Below are positions 61,758-64,000 of a stretch of 64,000 nucleotides of DNA, in pieces. The number at the start of each line of letters is the position of its first letter. The first letter of the stretch is position 1. Origin of the DNA: Fistulifera solaris (lineage: Eukaryota); NCBI GenBank assembly GCA_030295235.1, contig AP026154.1:124001-188000 (forward strand), given 5' to 3'. The notes under the pieces are model-generated. The model was given only the letters and a program-made list of their open reading frames with translations, did not search any database and was not told the origin of the DNA. The translations under genes were made by a program, and so were the position numbers.

Positions 61758-61865
61758 TCATGACTGAAATCCAGTCGTGGTCAATATTGAAGAACACTAT
61801 GGGCGGTTGTTAATGTTGAAAAGGATTCTCCGGATCAATCGAGAACTGCAATGCAAAGATTAACA
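61758..61865 (+). mobile_element. Hairpin-headed dispersed element
   Basis: TCATGACTGAAATCCAGTCGTGG (61758-61780), then AATATTGAAGAA (shared with the 25.7-kb copy), AACACTATG (shared with the 9.0-kb copy) and AATGCAAAGATT (shared with the 11.4-kb copy). Confidence 0.7.
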
Positions 61866-63218
61866 ACTCTTCCAGCAACTAAAACAATCAATTAACAAGA
61901 AACAGGACGGTCGCGTCAATATGCTGCAGGAAGCACACCCCGTAAGTTGTCAAAGATCGAAAATCCCAACCAACGACTCAATACTTTGAAGACAGATGTC
62001 TTGCGTGACGGACTTTTTAGAGAGATTATAATCTGCCGAAACTTCTTTGCAGGTTGCTAAAGTTCTTGCTCTACCGTGCCGGCTGTTGCATTTTATTTAT
62101 TTTTCTTTAAGGTAATAACATTCAAAACGGAATCATGGCATAGACATTGCAAGTATGACCAAAGATCCAACTGCCCGAAAACTAACGGATACCTTCAAAG
62201 GCTTACACTCACAGAAGACGAGGAACTTTCTGCAAATCATATTGAATTCTTGTCATCGCTGTTGGTGTATTCTGTTAGACCGCTCGAACCGTGAAACATA
62301 GTAAGGTCGCTATGCCCTTCGTTTCCTCTGTCGTCGTCGCGTGCGGCTATTTTCTTCGAACTGGTCGTACTTCTTGAACTAACCGATGTATCGAATAATG
62401 CACAATCCAATGCAATTTTCGGAAAAAATTACGGTGGCATCCGTCTTGACGTTTTGTGTGGCTTTTGGAGGTGAGGCCGGGCGGTCTGTTGGGCTTTTGA
62501 GCATTCACGGCAGGTGGTTCTTTCGCTGAGACTGATTTGTCAAGGTTGATTGATAAATTAACCGCGGCGACGCCTTCGACATTATCGTGGTGCTGGGGCC
62601 TATCGACGAAGAAATTTATCTCGTGCCTTTTACGTTTGCCTGTTTCGTGCCAACAGTAGGAGCTACCGGTACCGCTGGCCGTTTGCCTGACGCTAAAATT
62701 GTTTCTCGCTGCGATAAGACCGAGTCTGATGAAAATATCGACGTCCACTGAAAGCTTTTCTTTAATTTACGACTTGCACTTTCAACTGCTTCTTCCCAGC
62801 GATCGTAGCCAACTTTGCTATACATGAAAGTTCTTCGTCGCTGGTGCCTTGCTTTCAAATTATTCCTCACTGCACAAGCAAGGACACCTTTCTTTATTAC
62901 GTATTTTTTCCCTGATAATAAAACACTAATATTATTCCTAATTTTTTAATCGTCAGAATCTAATCTTGACATTCGACTGAATTTTCCAATTTTCATTCAC
63001 ATATATTTCAGTCCGATACTTCTCTGAGTAAGCTTTGGTTCTAACTCTCTAGCCTTAGTGCGCTAGTAGAGGGCCAGTCCCGAGCCCGTTTCCCAATGAG
63101 GGGGATTCCGTTTTGGCATTCCTTCTCTTGGATTTCGCAGAAGCATACTAACTGACCTGACCAGGGAAAGACTGACTCATGCGCGCCCGGATGAATTCCT
63201 TTTGTCCCTGTTCGGTAC

Positions 63219-63521
63219 CCAGATTATCTGGAGATGTCGAAATTCAACTCCCCTCTAGATTTTCTGGATACGTCAAAATTTAACACCCCCAGATTTTCTG
63301 GATGTTTCAAGTACTGGGAACGGCGTTAAAATTCTGCTTCCTCGTAGACGCTACGTAGAATCTTGTACTGGGAGGCACAATTTTAACGTCCTCACAACCG
63401 TACCTGGTACCAGACTCCCAGATTTTCTGGACAATACTCCCCAGATTTTCTGGACAAGTCGAAATACTACTCCCCCAGATTTTCTGGATACTTCAAAATA
63501 CCATAATCCCAGATTTTCTGG
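63219..63521. repeat. Array of seven CCAGATTTTCTGG palindromes (~34-bp period) interrupted by a foldback segment
   Basis: Copies at 63219, 63255, 63289, 63418, 63441, 63475 and 63509. Confidence 0.9.
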
Positions 63522-64000
63522 ACAATTTTGACTTTCCATTGTTGCAATTCACAGGTGATGCATGAGACAACTCAAAATTGAAAGAGCTATAACTTGTTTA
63601 CACTTTGTTACAACGTATTATCGGAAAACTCTTCCGACCCAAAATCGCAGTCGACGATACTGGTTACGGATGATTCGGTTCCTTCCCACTCACAGTAGTT
63701 AACAATCGAATTTTGCGGAAATGTGGCATCCTGCGAAATGTCACCACTGGTCCGACTGCTCCGTTCGGTCATTTCGTTATTGGAAAAGGACGAAGTACTC
63801 GGTTCAGAGCGCAAGACTCGTTTTGGTGGACTTGCGTTCATTGCCGAGCAATCAGACTTTTGAAGGAAGGGTGTAGCCTTTCCGATGCCGCTGAAAGAAA
63901 TAAGTCCGTCAAGCTGTGTGACACGTGTCGCAATTCATTCGCATGATTGGGCTCTGATTGTTGCTGGTTCGACACGTTTCTCATTCCGTTCGCGAACGAA

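Noticed and set aside
61870..63000. Possible transposase or other gene relic next to the hairpin element
   Set aside because: Only short broken ORFs with no recognisable domain.
63219..63521. CRISPR array
   Set aside because: The repeat is only 13-16 bp and the spacers are related to each other.
63608..64000. Partial minus-strand gene at the window end
   Set aside because: Low-complexity translation with no recognisable homology.

Overview
Gene-dense eukaryotic nuclear DNA, almost certainly from a diatom. Support: short GT-AG introns, and signal-peptide plus 'ASAFAP'-type plastid presequences on TatA, a TPT transporter and a MATE transporter. About 25 genes can be called. Housekeeping genes include pescadillo, CLU1, WDR55, Ric8, an RluA-family pseudouridine synthase, a signal-peptide-bearing USP, a TPR-Aha1 co-chaperone, a Kelch-BTB protein and MPDU1. 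An accessory block at ~3.4-21.8 kb holds a five-copy MYND-finger array at different stages of decay, a DUF6604-like pseudogene and three paralogous secreted proteins. Many conserved genes are broken by single-base indels in homopolymer runs, most likely assembly errors. The main unexplained structure is a dispersed ~215-bp element family with 10 copies. Each starts with a 23-bp hairpin (TCATGACTGAAAnnCAGTCGTGG), and most carry a conserved internal box. It forms head-to-tail dimers and usually points its hairpin end at the promoter of a divergent gene. Two other palindrome families also stand out: CCAGA-N3-TCTGG arrays at four loci, and nine TACCWGGTA sites. No tRNA, rRNA, CRISPR array or transposase gene could be supported.
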